This document shows, piece after piece, positions 18,227 to 28,269 of a stretch of DNA of 64,000 nucleotides. The stretch's first letter is position 1; each line of letters starts with the position of its first letter. This DNA is from a bacterium. Its GTDB lineage: Bacteria > Patescibacteriota > Patescibacteriia > UBA2169. The position numbers and the translations under genes were made by a program. The stretch lies in contig NZBL01000003.1 in assembly GCA_002687895.1 (NCBI GenBank), positions 20,821 to 84,820 on the forward strand, written 5' to 3'. A model generated the notes under the pieces. The model was not told the origin of the DNA and ran no database searches. It worked only from the letters and a program-made list of their open reading frames with translations.

Positions 18227-19468
18227 ATGCAAAACAAAGCAAAAACAAAAATAATAGGTTTTTGGGTAGTTTTGGGATTGATGATTATATCAAACCCTGG
18301 TTTTGCTATTGCGCAAGAAGATGGGGCAACAGGAAAAGATCCTGAAATACAGGATATTGCGCAGCAGCTTAAAACCCAAAGAGACGCAATAGATGAAGTG
18401 CGGAATAAGATAGACCAATATGAATCCAAGATTCAGGCTAAGCGGAATGAGGCTTTGACCATAAAAAATCAGCTTGGATCATTAAGTGATCAAGTTGATC
18501 AGACAAAATTGAAATTAGAGCTTAAGAGGCAGGAAATAACCGAGATAAATCTTTTAATAACTGAAACTGAAAAAAGAATATCAGGAAAGGAAATTGAAAT
18601 AAGCCAGCAAAAGGAAAAAATAGCAGAATTCATCCGCTTGCTGTATCAGCGCCAGCAAAAAAGCCCAGTTGAAATACTTTTGGCTAATGATGCTTTTTCA
18701 GAATTCTTTGATGCTGCGCAATATTTAGAAGCAATTGAGGAAGATCTGGAAGTAATACTTAAAAAAATGAAAGCTGTGCAGGAAAAACTGCAGGAAGAGC
18801 ATACTGGATTAGAATCGCAGCGCGAGGAATTAAAAGAGCTTAAGGCCCAGCTGACAGGCACGCAGGTAGTTTTAGAAGAAAAAGTAACAGCTAAGAATGT
18901 CATTTTAGAGGCAACACAAGCTGATGAATCAAAATTCCAAGCATTATTAAAACAAGTTCGCGCGGAACAAGCGCAGATTAATAATGATATTATCGGCTTA
19001 GAGCGCCAGCTTAGAGCTCGCCTAGAAGCACAAGGCGATAAGACATTAGCAGAGCTTTCTGGGCAAGGATTTATCTGGCCAGTTCCAAACAGGACCGTGA
19101 CCGCGACATTCCATGATCCTGATTATCCTTTTAGAAGATATTTTGAGCATCCAGCAATAGATATACGCTCAAAGCAGGGAACACCAATTAAAGCTGTTGG
19201 TTCTGGATATGTTGCGCGAACCCGAGATGGAGGATTGGGGTATAGCTATATTTCCGTGATTCACGCGGACGGATTAAGCAGTGTTTATGGGCATGTATCC
19301 TGCATTCTTGTGCAAGAAGATGAATATGTTGTGCAAGGGCAGGTAATAGGGTGCAGTGGCGCAACTCCAGGTACTCCAGGGGCTGGTCGGCTGACTACGG
19401 GGCCGCATCTGCATTTAGAGATTAGGCTTAATGGTATTCCAGTTAACCCAATAGGATATTTGCAATAG
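18227..19468 (+). CDS. M23 peptidase with long coiled coil (EnvC/CwlO-like murein hydrolase or activator)
   Basis: Signal peptide, coiled coil, FIWPV, HPAIDI, YGH, TGPHLHLEIR; TGCTATAAT at 18206-18214 supports the start at 18227. Confidence 0.92.
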   Translation: MQNKAKTKIIGFWVVLGLMIISNPGFAIAQEDGATGKDPEIQDIAQQLKTQRDAIDEVRNKIDQYESKIQAKRNEALTIKNQLGSLSDQVDQTKLKLELKRQEITEINLLITETEKRISGKEIEISQQKEKIAEFIRLLYQRQQKSPVEILLANDAFSEFFDAAQYLEAIEEDLEVILKKMKAVQEKLQEEHTGLESQREELKELKAQLTGTQVVLEEKVTAKNVILEATQADESKFQALLKQVRAEQAQINNDIIGLERQLRARLEAQGDKTLAELSGQGFIWPVPNRTVTATFHDPDYPFRRYFEHPAIDIRSKQGTPIKAVGSGYVARTRDGGLGYSYISVIHADGLSSVYGHVSCILVQEDEYVVQGQVIGCSGATPGTPGAGRLTTGPHLHLEIRLNGIPVNPIGYLQ

Positions 19469-19620
19469 TAATGAGTTTAATAGAGTAGAGTAAAACCCAA
19501 TATTATAAACACCAGTATGTTTAAATAATACTGGTATTTATAATATATATGTGTCGCTCAATATATCTTATGCGACGCATCATTTTGGTTTTATAACATA
19601 TATGCTATTTAGGATATATG

Positions 19621-20607
19621 TTATTTAAAATATACCCGATCCTTAATGCGCAAATCCACATACTGCAAAGTACTGCGCTGGGACTTTATCTTATCCTGCA
19701 AAGCCAGTTCAAGCTTTTTTATTTGCGTTTCAATGGATATCTGCATACTCACAAATGCCTGCCAGCCTTCTGTGGTTATGAATTTAAGCTCATCTAGGAT
19801 GTCTGGATCATATAAAACGTGCGCAAGCTTTATCTGCTCCTGCGACCTCGCAGTCTCCTCAAATAAGGCGAAAATGAACTCAATTATTTCTCTATTTAAA
19901 ATTATATCTCCAGGATTTATTTTGGTTTGACTAGTGGTTATAATCTCTATGGTGGGTAAAGATGAGAGATCATCATCAGAAACTTTGCCAACAACAACAA
20001 TACCATTCACATCTAAGTAGTAGTGTTCTCGAGTGTATTGCATTTCTCTCTCTTCTTCAGGTTCCTCTTCTGTAACATTATTGTGCGACACTTGCTCTCC
20101 AGCGATTATTCCCCCCTCTTCCCCATCTTCTTCTTGATCATCATCTAATTCTATAGTTTGAATCGGGGTTTTAGTTCGTAGAACCACTCTGGCCAGCTTC
20201 TCCTCTAGGGCAATGCTCAAAGTAAATGGCAATTTTCTTGTAATCTTTATATCATCCACAATATACTGCTCCCTTATAGCCTGAACAACGCCAGACATGC
20301 TTGTTATGATTATATTATTATTAGAAAGGAATATAAATTTTTTTTGGTTAAGATGATTATCAACAATCTCCCTAAGCTCATGCATTGGAATATTTTCATT
20401 TCCAGAAATTTCAACTGTCTTTATTTTAAAATTATCAGAACCTAAAAAAAAGTACGCAAACCAGGCTAAGGCCGCTGTAAAAAAAATTGATCCCACAATC
20501 ATGGAAACAACAGATGTGTTAACTGGCTTTTTAGGCTGCTGCTTGCTTGGGCTTTGCGGGTGTATTATTTTTCTTTTTGGCTTGTAGTATCTATGTCTTC
20601 TTAGCAT
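19621..20607 (-). CDS. ftsQ: Cell division protein FtsQ/DivIB
   Basis: TM followed by POTRA (FKIKTVEISGNE), RKLPFTLSI, C-terminal YVDLR; acidic insertion. Confidence 0.85.
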   Translation of the reverse strand: MLRRHRYYKPKRKIIHPQSPSKQQPKKPVNTSVVSMIVGSIFFTAALAWFAYFFLGSDNFKIKTVEISGNENIPMHELREIVDNHLNQKKFIFLSNNNIIITSMSGVVQAIREQYIVDDIKITRKLPFTLSIALEEKLARVVLRTKTPIQTIELDDDQEEDGEEGGIIAGEQVSHNNVTEEEPEEEREMQYTREHYYLDVNGIVVVGKVSDDDLSSLPTIEIITTSQTKINPGDIILNREIIEFIFALFEETARSQEQIKLAHVLYDPDILDELKFITTEGWQAFVSMQISIETQIKKLELALQDKIKSQRSTLQYVDLRIKDRVYFK

Positions 20608-20612
20608 TTTGA

Positions 20613-21719
20613 TTAATCAGAATACCATTCTTTTTTCGGCTGATATGAAACTTTAAGCTGGGCTTTTTCTTTAGCCCTTTCAATAGCTAGTTTGATAAGC
20701 TCATCTAATATTTCTTTATATGATAATCCGCTTGCCTGCCATAATTTTGGATACATGCTAATAGATGTGAATCCTGGAATAGTATTCATTTCATTAAGAT
20801 AAATTTCTCCATCCTCTGAAAGCAAAAAATCCACTCGCGCCATTCCTTCTCCATCTAGGGCTTTATAGGTTTTAATGGCCATGTCCTGAATCTGTTTTGA
20901 AACCTTATCTGATATTTCAGCTGGAATTTTTTCATCTGTTTTTCCATCAACGTATTTTGCATCATAATCATAAAATTCATTGCTAGGAATAATTTCTCCT
21001 ACAACACTTGCTTTTGGATTTCTATTGCCAAGTACAGAGACCTCAAGCTCGCGAGCTCCTTTAACACCTTGCTCTATGATTACTTTGCGATCATATTGTA
21101 TGGCCTCTTCTACTGCGCCTATTAATTCATCTTTATTATCTGCTTTAGAGATTCCAACTGATGAACCCATGTTTGGTGGTTTTACAAAAACTGGATAACT
21201 CAATGACAATTCATTAATGATTTCATCTTTGCGATCATTCCATTCTTTTGACCAAAACCAAATATATGGTGTCTGTTTAATTCCTTCTGATTCAATCACT
21301 TTCTTTTGCATTACCTTGTCCATGCTAACTGCTGATCCTAATACTCCGCAACCAGCATAAGGCAATCCAGTTAATTCTAAAAAGCCCTGTATTGTGCCAT
21401 CTTCTCCATATGGACCATGTAATACTGGAAATACCACATCAATATGTCCTAGTTGACTAGAAGCGTCATTTGACGAAGTAGAAAGGTCAGCTGGTTCTGG
21501 CGGAATTAAGGCATTACTCTCTTTCGGAGCATTGCCTGCCTTCAGCAATCCCAAAGATTCTTGGCCGCTAATCCATTTCCCCTCTTTTGTAATTCCAATA
21601 GGAAGAATTTCGTATTTATCTTTATCTAGATTTTCTATTACAGAGGTAGCAGAAACCAAGGAAACTTCATGTTCCCCGCTTCTGCCTCCAAATAATACTG
21701 CTACTCTTAATTTTTTCAT
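20613..21719 (-). CDS. ddl: D-alanine--D-alanine ligase
   Basis: FGGRSGEHEVS, HGPYGEDG, GSSVG, NEMNTIPGFT. Confidence 0.98.
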   Translation of the reverse strand: MKKLRVAVLFGGRSGEHEVSLVSATSVIENLDKDKYEILPIGITKEGKWISGQESLGLLKAGNAPKESNALIPPEPADLSTSSNDASSQLGHIDVVFPVLHGPYGEDGTIQGFLELTGLPYAGCGVLGSAVSMDKVMQKKVIESEGIKQTPYIWFWSKEWNDRKDEIINELSLSYPVFVKPPNMGSSVGISKADNKDELIGAVEEAIQYDRKVIIEQGVKGARELEVSVLGNRNPKASVVGEIIPSNEFYDYDAKYVDGKTDEKIPAEISDKVSKQIQDMAIKTYKALDGEGMARVDFLLSEDGEIYLNEMNTIPGFTSISMYPKLWQASGLSYKEILDELIKLAIERAKEKAQLKVSYQPKKEWYSD

Positions 21720-21721
21720 AA

Positions 21722-22858
21722 TTATTTTGTAATTATTCTCTCAATATTAGAATTAATCCCTGTTACAACTTCATAATTTATAGCTCCTTGAATTTCTGCA
21801 AGTTCGTCTGCAGTAATTTCATTCTCCCCTTGTTTGCCTATCAAAACAACTTCTACGCCTCTTTTTACATCATATACATCAGTAACATCAACCATGCTCA
21901 TGTTCATGCATACTCGGCCGATTATAGGACATCTTTTTCCATTTATCAAGACCTCTGCTTTGTTTGAAAGTCCCCTGCTATATCCTTCGTAATAACCTAC
22001 TGGGATGATTGCTATCTTAGTTTTACGCTTGGTTTTATGGGTACAACCATAACCTATATATTCGCCCTCTGGGTAATCCTTTACCTGAAGCACTTTTGTC
22101 TTCCATGTCAGAACTGGCTTGAGTTCAAATTCTGGATGTGTTGATTTGACTCTATCAATCAATTTTTGATCTGGCCACAAGCCATAGAGTCCAATTCCTA
22201 AACGTACTGCATCTAAATGTGATTCACTAAAATCTAGAATTGCCTCTGTTTTTGCCATGTGAAACATCTGTGGCTCAATCTTTTCTTTGTATAATTGAAA
22301 GCGAATATCCTCAAATGTCTGTAATTGCTTTTTGGCGTAATCGCGATGATTTACAACGTCACTAAAATGTGATTCCACTCCTTTAATCAATAAATGAGGA
22401 AGTTCATTTATCTTTTTAATATAGTCAACCGCGTTCTGCGGCATTATGCCCATACGCCCCATGCCAGTATCAATTTTTATATGAATCCTTAAATCGCCTC
22501 CTGCGCCGGATTCAGAAATTATTTTTGATAAACGCTGTGCATGGCTTAAACTATTTACAACCACTTCCGCCCTCTCTTGCATTAGCCATTGCAACTCGTC
22601 GGCACTTTCGTTTATGTATCCTAAAATAATAATTGGGGTATTAACCCCTTTTTCTCTTATTTGCTTTGCTTCATCCAGATTTATTACAGCCAAATAATCA
22701 ACCTCACTTTGAATCACTTCGCTTACTTGCGTTAATCCATGTCCATATGCGTTTGCTTTGACAACTGCTATAAGTTTGGTATCTAGATTAAGAAGTGACT
22801 TAATTTGTGAGATGTTATTTTTGAGAGCATGTTTTGATAATTCTATCCATGTATTCAT
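21722..22858 (-). CDS. alr: Alanine racemase
   Basis: AVVKANAYGHG, HIKIDTGMGRMG, GRVCM. Confidence 0.97.
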   Translation of the reverse strand: MNTWIELSKHALKNNISQIKSLLNLDTKLIAVVKANAYGHGLTQVSEVIQSEVDYLAVINLDEAKQIREKGVNTPIIILGYINESADELQWLMQERAEVVVNSLSHAQRLSKIISESGAGGDLRIHIKIDTGMGRMGIMPQNAVDYIKKINELPHLLIKGVESHFSDVVNHRDYAKKQLQTFEDIRFQLYKEKIEPQMFHMAKTEAILDFSESHLDAVRLGIGLYGLWPDQKLIDRVKSTHPEFELKPVLTWKTKVLQVKDYPEGEYIGYGCTHKTKRKTKIAIIPVGYYEGYSRGLSNKAEVLINGKRCPIIGRVCMNMSMVDVTDVYDVKRGVEVVLIGKQGENEITADELAEIQGAINYEVVTGINSNIERIITK

Positions 22859-24342
22859 GATTTATCTTTTGGCCGCAAAGTTGGGAACAAAATAACTTCT
22901 TTTATATTTTTTTTGTTTGTGAGCAAGCTGGTTAACCGATCAATACCCATGCCAAAGCCAGCAGTCGGAGGCATGCCATGCTCTAGGGCCTCTATAAAAT
23001 CATCATCAATTGGATGAGCTTCTTCGTCTCCTGCAATTGCTGCTTCTTGCTGTTCGTTGAATCGTTCTCGCTGGTCTATTGGGTCATTTAACTCGCTGAA
23101 CGCGTTGACTAGTTCAATGCCTCCGCCAACAACTAGCTGAAATCGCTCAACATATCTTGGATCATCTTCTTTTTTCTTTGCAAGCGGTGAAAGTTCAACA
23201 GGATGATCTATCATAAAAGTCGGCTGAACCAAATTTGGACGCACAAATTCTTTATAAAGCTCATCACAAATCTTGCCTCTAGAATCCTTCGGCTTAATAT
23301 CTTTTAATCCTAGCTTTTGGGCTTTTTTGTAAATTGATTTTTGGTCTGGATATGCCTCAATATCAATATCAGCTGCGTCTATTAATGCCTGCCTAAACTG
23401 AACTCTTTTAAACTTCTTTTTAAATTTAATTTTGTTGCCCTCATATTCAATTTCATTTGAATCATTTACATTTTTTACAATTTCCAAAATAAGATCCTCT
23501 GTAAGATCCATTAACTGCTCATAATCCATGTATGCGGCATAAAACTCTACTTGCGTGAACTCTGGATTATGTGACCAGTCCATGCCCTCGTTCCTAAAGC
23601 ACCGCGCAACTTCGTATACGCGTTCATATCCTCCTACTATTAGGCGTTTAAGATAAAGTTCTGGGGCAATGCGCAAATACAAATCAGTATCAAGTGAATT
23701 ATGATGAGTAACAAACGGCTTTGCCAAAGCTCCTCCAGGCATTGGCTGTAACTCCGGAGTATCAACTTCTAAAAATCCATGCTCATTTAAAAACATTCTA
23801 ATAGTGCTTACAATAGCGGCGCGGGCGTAAAATATTTCCCTAACTTCTTCATTCGTGATCAAGTCCAAATATCGCTTGCGGAAACGCGCTTCAATATCCT
23901 GTAAACCATGCCATTTTTCAGGCATTGGGCTTAAGGTCTTGGAAAGCAAAGTCCAATCATTAACCATTATTGTGTGCTCGCCTTTTTTTGTTTTGAATAA
24001 TGATCCTGTAACTTGGATAAAATCTCCAACATCAATAAGCTCTATAAAATTTTTATAAAGATCTTTTTTTAATTCATCTTTTTTAAAATATACTTGGAAC
24101 CTTCCAGTGCCATCCTCAATATGCGCGAAACTTGAGCCTCCATGTGCGCGGATTGATCGGACGCGTCCTACAAGAATTATCTTCTTGCTTTTCTTAAGCT
24201 TATTAAGATTATCCTCTAAATCAATAATAGTATGAGTGCGATCACTCTGAGATGGATATGGATTAATACCCTTTTTAATAAGAGCTTCCAAGCGCTGTGC
24301 GCGGGTTAAAGACTCATCCTGATATGTTTCTTTTTTAGCCAT
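22855..24342 (-). CDS. lysS: Lysine--tRNA ligase (class II)
   Basis: KWHGLQD, LYLRIAPELYLKRL, FRNEG, GMPPTAGFGMGIDRL. Confidence 0.98.
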   Translation of the reverse strand: MAKKETYQDESLTRAQRLEALIKKGINPYPSQSDRTHTIIDLEDNLNKLKKSKKIILVGRVRSIRAHGGSSFAHIEDGTGRFQVYFKKDELKKDLYKNFIELIDVGDFIQVTGSLFKTKKGEHTIMVNDWTLLSKTLSPMPEKWHGLQDIEARFRKRYLDLITNEEVREIFYARAAIVSTIRMFLNEHGFLEVDTPELQPMPGGALAKPFVTHHNSLDTDLYLRIAPELYLKRLIVGGYERVYEVARCFRNEGMDWSHNPEFTQVEFYAAYMDYEQLMDLTEDLILEIVKNVNDSNEIEYEGNKIKFKKKFKRVQFRQALIDAADIDIEAYPDQKSIYKKAQKLGLKDIKPKDSRGKICDELYKEFVRPNLVQPTFMIDHPVELSPLAKKKEDDPRYVERFQLVVGGGIELVNAFSELNDPIDQRERFNEQQEAAIAGDEEAHPIDDDFIEALEHGMPPTAGFGMGIDRLTSLLTNKKNIKEVILFPTLRPKDKS

Positions 24343-24413
24343 AATGAATATATTATAAGCCAAAATTAATAATTAAGCAATAAAAATACACGGCTATTTC
24401 CGTGCACTTACTA

Positions 24414-24495
24414 ATTGGTCTCAGGGGTACAAATTTCGAAGCGAGAATGTATGGAACCCTTCGGAGCGAAGAAATTTCGTACACCTGATACCAAT
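24414..24495. repeat. Imperfect long palindrome (REP/MITE-like) between greA and lysS
   Basis: ATTGGTcTCAGGgGTAC-AAATTTC...GAAATTTcGTACaCCTGAtACCAAT; adjacent CACGG/CCGTG terminator-like hairpin at 24389-24404. Confidence 0.7.
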
Positions 24496-24510
24496 ACTTA
24501 TAAATACTTT

Positions 24511-24984
24511 TTATGATGCTTTGATATCCACAATCTTCCAAACTGACTCGCCTTTTGGCGTTTGTACTGTTGCTTCTTCTCCCTTCTTTTTTCCAACTAA
24601 AGATTTGCCAATTGGAGATTCATTGGAAATTTTTCCTGCTGTTGGATTAGCTTCATTTGAACCTACAATAGTATATTCTGATTTACCGCCATCTTTTTCC
24701 ACAGTAATAGTATCCCCTATTTGAACCATATCTGGATCAGAATTTCCATTTGATACAACAGTTACGTTTTTTAGAACAGTTTCCAATTCCAAAATACGGC
24801 CTTCTGTAAAAGATTGCTCTTCGCGCGCGTCAGCATATTCCGCGTTCTCGCTTAAATCTCCATAATCTTTTGCTTGTTTGATGCGTTCTGCTATTTCTGG
24901 ACGCTTTTTTTTCTTTAGCTGATCCAACTCATCTTTGAGCTTGTAATAGCCTTCTTGGGTTAAATAGTTTTGTTTATCTGACAT
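24511..24984 (-). CDS. greA: Transcription elongation factor GreA
   Basis: GDLSENAEY, ISNESPIGKSL. Confidence 0.98.
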   Translation of the reverse strand: MSDKQNYLTQEGYYKLKDELDQLKKKKRPEIAERIKQAKDYGDLSENAEYADAREEQSFTEGRILELETVLKNVTVVSNGNSDPDMVQIGDTITVEKDGGKSEYTIVGSNEANPTAGKISNESPIGKSLVGKKKGEEATVQTPKGESVWKIVDIKAS

Positions 24985-25044
24985 AAAAAAAATGTGGATA
25001 ATTAGTATATCTAATTACCTATAATACTAGAAATAAAAGATCTG

Positions 25045-26964
25045 TCAAATTTTACTAAAATACCATTCAAAAATCTTTTTAGCGATTGGAGTGGCGCTGA
25101 TATCCCCTCCTTCGCCTTCTTCAACCAAAACAGTGACAACGATTTCAGGATTATTATATGGAGCATAGGCTGTAAACCAGGCATGGGGCTCTTTTGTGCT
25201 GGAAAACTGTGCAGTGCCTGTTTTTCCCGCAATATCCACTGGAAGAACGGAAAGCGAGCGCGCAGTGCCATATGTAACCACAGACCGCAATCCTTGTTGA
25301 ATAGTTCTTATAGTATTAGGATCAACAACTTGCTTGCTAAGAACTATTGGCTTGATAATTTCAGCATCATCATAATTCCTTCCTATTTTATCAACTATTC
25401 TTGGAGAATATAATGTGCCTCCATTCGCAATTACAGATGTGAAGTTTGCAACTTGAATTGGAGTAACAGATATATCCCCCTGCCCAATTGCCAAATGATA
25501 TGTGTCCCCTAAATACCAGCGCTCTCCTTTTTTCTGCAGCTTCCAATCCTTGCTTGGTAAAAATCCCATAGACTCAGAAGGAAGATCAATTCCTGTTTTT
25601 GTGTTAAGCCCGAACTTAACTCCATAATCAGAAATTCTAGATACTCCCAAGCCTTCTATGCTCTCATATCCCCCTCCAATGGCATAGAAGAACGTGTTAA
25701 CTGATTCCGCGAGCGCGTGCTCTATATCTGTTCTGCCATGGCCTCCGTATTTCCAGTCTGGATACCAATATTGATTCACGCTTATTCCTCCTGTGCTAGA
25801 TATTGTGGTATATGGAGTGATAATTCCTTCTTCCAATGCGGCAGATCCAACCACAAGCTTTATTGTGGATCCAGAAGGATATTCGCCCGCGATTGACCTG
25901 TTAAAAAGAGGCTTTCGCTCATCCTTAAGCAGGCTTTGATATGCTTTGCTGTCTATTCCCCTGCTAAACTTGCCATTGTCAAACCCAGGATAGCTTACTA
26001 GCGCTTTTATGGCTCCAGTTTCTGGGTCCATAACAATAACGCTTCCTCCAGGAGATTCGCGCTCAATAATCATCTTTTCCAGCTCCTGCCAAATAAACAT
26101 CTGAAGCTCGCTGTTTAAATGCAAATACATGTTGTCCCCCATTACAGGCTCGGTTTGTGTCAGCTTTCTGCTGAATATACCATTTGAATCAACTTCAATT
26201 CTTAATTCTCCCAATACTCCCCTTAGCTGATCTTGATAAACTTTTTCTAATCCTATTTTTCCAACATGCTCAAAAAGCTCGTAGTCATCTTTATCTAAAA
26301 TCTCGTAATCATCAGTGGAAATTTTTCCTGTATATCCTAAAATATGGCTTAATGGATCTGTTATCTGGTATGTCCTTTTTTCAACTGGAACCAATGATAT
26401 GCCCTGCCATTCCTGAATAGAGCTTGCAATAACAACAGCCTGCTCCTGCGTAATTCCGCGGGCTATTTCTATGGCGTTTTCTGAAGTTCTCTCAATATTG
26501 GAAAAGCTTTCAATAAGGTCAAAATGGCTTATTCCAATTAACTCGGCAATGCTCGAGAATATTGCGTCTTCTGCTTCCTGATCATGCGGAAGATCAGCTG
26601 GAATTACAACCAAAGCAAAATCCGGAACATTATATGCAAGCTTTTTTCCGTTTGAATCTATTATTACTCCTCTTGGAGGAATAATAGATAAGCTGCGGAT
26701 TCTGTTTCCCTCTGCTGTTCCATAATACTCTGCTCCGCGCACAACCTGAAGATAATACAGCTTCGCAAATAAGGACCCAAATAAAAGCATACCCAAAACA
26801 GCAAGCAGCTGAAGGCTTTTTTTGTTTTTCCAGCCAATATTTACCTGCTTGCGATATGAATCTGCAATAACAATATCTCCATCAATTTCTGATGAAAATG
26901 AATCAATACTAGGGTCGCTGATGTCAGTTGCCTCCTGCTTAATTAAAAATGGATCTTTTTCCAT
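25045..26964 (-). CDS. mrdA: Penicillin-binding protein 2
   Basis: PPRGVI, GSTIK (SxxK), SVN (SxN), GKTGT; follows mreBCD. Confidence 0.95.
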   Translation of the reverse strand: MEKDPFLIKQEATDISDPSIDSFSSEIDGDIVIADSYRKQVNIGWKNKKSLQLLAVLGMLLFGSLFAKLYYLQVVRGAEYYGTAEGNRIRSLSIIPPRGVIIDSNGKKLAYNVPDFALVVIPADLPHDQEAEDAIFSSIAELIGISHFDLIESFSNIERTSENAIEIARGITQEQAVVIASSIQEWQGISLVPVEKRTYQITDPLSHILGYTGKISTDDYEILDKDDYELFEHVGKIGLEKVYQDQLRGVLGELRIEVDSNGIFSRKLTQTEPVMGDNMYLHLNSELQMFIWQELEKMIIERESPGGSVIVMDPETGAIKALVSYPGFDNGKFSRGIDSKAYQSLLKDERKPLFNRSIAGEYPSGSTIKLVVGSAALEEGIITPYTTISSTGGISVNQYWYPDWKYGGHGRTDIEHALAESVNTFFYAIGGGYESIEGLGVSRISDYGVKFGLNTKTGIDLPSESMGFLPSKDWKLQKKGERWYLGDTYHLAIGQGDISVTPIQVANFTSVIANGGTLYSPRIVDKIGRNYDDAEIIKPIVLSKQVVDPNTIRTIQQGLRSVVTYGTARSLSVLPVDIAGKTGTAQFSSTKEPHAWFTAYAPYNNPEIVVTVLVEEGEGGDISATPIAKKIFEWYFSKI

Positions 26965-26965
26965 A

Positions 26966-27481
26966 TTATCTTACAAAAAACCATTTTCTTAAATTTGATT
27001 TAAAAATTGACGCCATAATTCCCATACCAACAACAAAAAGAGTGCTTATTAAAGATGATATAATAATTGACTCAAAAAAAGCATATGAATCAAATATAAA
27101 ATTAGACGCGCTTAAAAAATTGCTTGAATAAAATATAATAAGCTCTATGGCGGCCGAATACGCAAGCAAGCTGAAAAATATTACAGCAATATATAAATTC
27201 CTGGAAACGCTTAAGGCGATATTAGCCTGGCTGTTTATAATCATAAATACTAATATATGAGCAATGGTTAAAACGCCAAAAGGAACTTCAATAATAATTA
27301 AATCAAGCATTAGTCCATATAAAACAGCAGCTAATATTGCTTGGCTGTGCCTTTTGTGTATTGTTAAAAGCGCAATAAGCAAAAATCCTGTATAAAGATG
27401 GAGCTGCTGCGCAATTGAGCCTATAAAAAAATAATCCAATTGAATGGCCGCGAACACTCCTATTAGCAGTAATAATTTCAT
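26966..27481 (-). CDS. mreD: Rod shape-determining protein MreD
   Basis: Hydrophobic, GLMLDL...PFG motif, positioned between mreC and mrdA. Confidence 0.75.
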   Translation of the reverse strand: MKLLLLIGVFAAIQLDYFFIGSIAQQLHLYTGFLLIALLTIHKRHSQAILAAVLYGLMLDLIIIEVPFGVLTIAHILVFMIINSQANIALSVSRNLYIAVIFFSLLAYSAAIELIIFYSSNFLSASNFIFDSYAFFESIIISSLISTLFVVGMGIMASIFKSNLRKWFFVR

Positions 27482-27483
27482 TT

Positions 27484-28260
27484 TTATTTAATTAAAAATA
27501 TTTCAATATCTTGAATATTTTGAAGCGAAAGAAAAGGAGTTAATACAGCTGTTTGAAAAAGCTGGCCTTGTGTATAGTTTACAGATGATATTGTTCCTAT
27601 TAAAAGCCCTCGCGGAGTATTTTCCTCTAATATGGAAGTTGTAACAATATCTCCAGCTGTTAATTCAGCATCCTGTGGTATAAGCTCCATTATTAAACCA
27701 AGGCCTCCATTTCCCTTTACTACTGCCTGGAATTCCAAATCACCAGATATTGTCGCGGCAATCGCGCTTGATGGGCTTGTGGTGGGAAGAATACTAGCTA
27801 TTGATGCGTCCGCTGAAATAATTTTTCCAATAAAAACTCCCTGGCTTGTTGCGGCTGCTGATCCAGGATATATGCCGTGCTTTGTTCCCTTGTTTATTAT
27901 TAGCACCTTGTTTCCTGCGACATTGGACTGCGCAAGCACTTGTGCTTGGATTTTTTCTAAAGGAATAAAATCGCCTAAAGAGCTTTCTTCAACTGAATTC
28001 TGTGAAAACAAAGTTTGGCTAAGATAAAACTGAAGCTGTGCTATTCTTTTTTCCTGGTCTTTAGATTTTTCTACTAATTCACTTCCATGAGATATGCCAA
28101 ACCACCAAGTCTGCACAAGAGAGCCCATATTGCTTGAAACAGCCCCGACTAATACAATAGGAGATCTTATAATATTTATTAGTCCTTTTGTTGGAGCTAT
28201 ATAATATAAGATTATTATGCCAGCCAAAATCAGCATTAATATTTTTTTGTTTTTTATCAT
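27484..28260 (-). CDS. mreC: Rod shape-determining protein MreC
   Basis: INKGTKHGI..G, GDIVTTS, PRGLLIG. Confidence 0.9.
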   Translation of the reverse strand: MIKNKKILMLILAGIIILYYIAPTKGLINIIRSPIVLVGAVSSNMGSLVQTWWFGISHGSELVEKSKDQEKRIAQLQFYLSQTLFSQNSVEESSLGDFIPLEKIQAQVLAQSNVAGNKVLIINKGTKHGIYPGSAAATSQGVFIGKIISADASIASILPTTSPSSAIAATISGDLEFQAVVKGNGGLGLIMELIPQDAELTAGDIVTTSILEENTPRGLLIGTISSVNYTQGQLFQTAVLTPFLSLQNIQDIEIFLIK

Positions 28261-28269
28261 GATATATTT

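Noticed and set aside
24353-24510. T-box or lysine riboswitch upstream of lysS
   Set aside because: No T-box GGTGGNACC motif or L-box consensus; lysS appears to have its own TATAAT near its start
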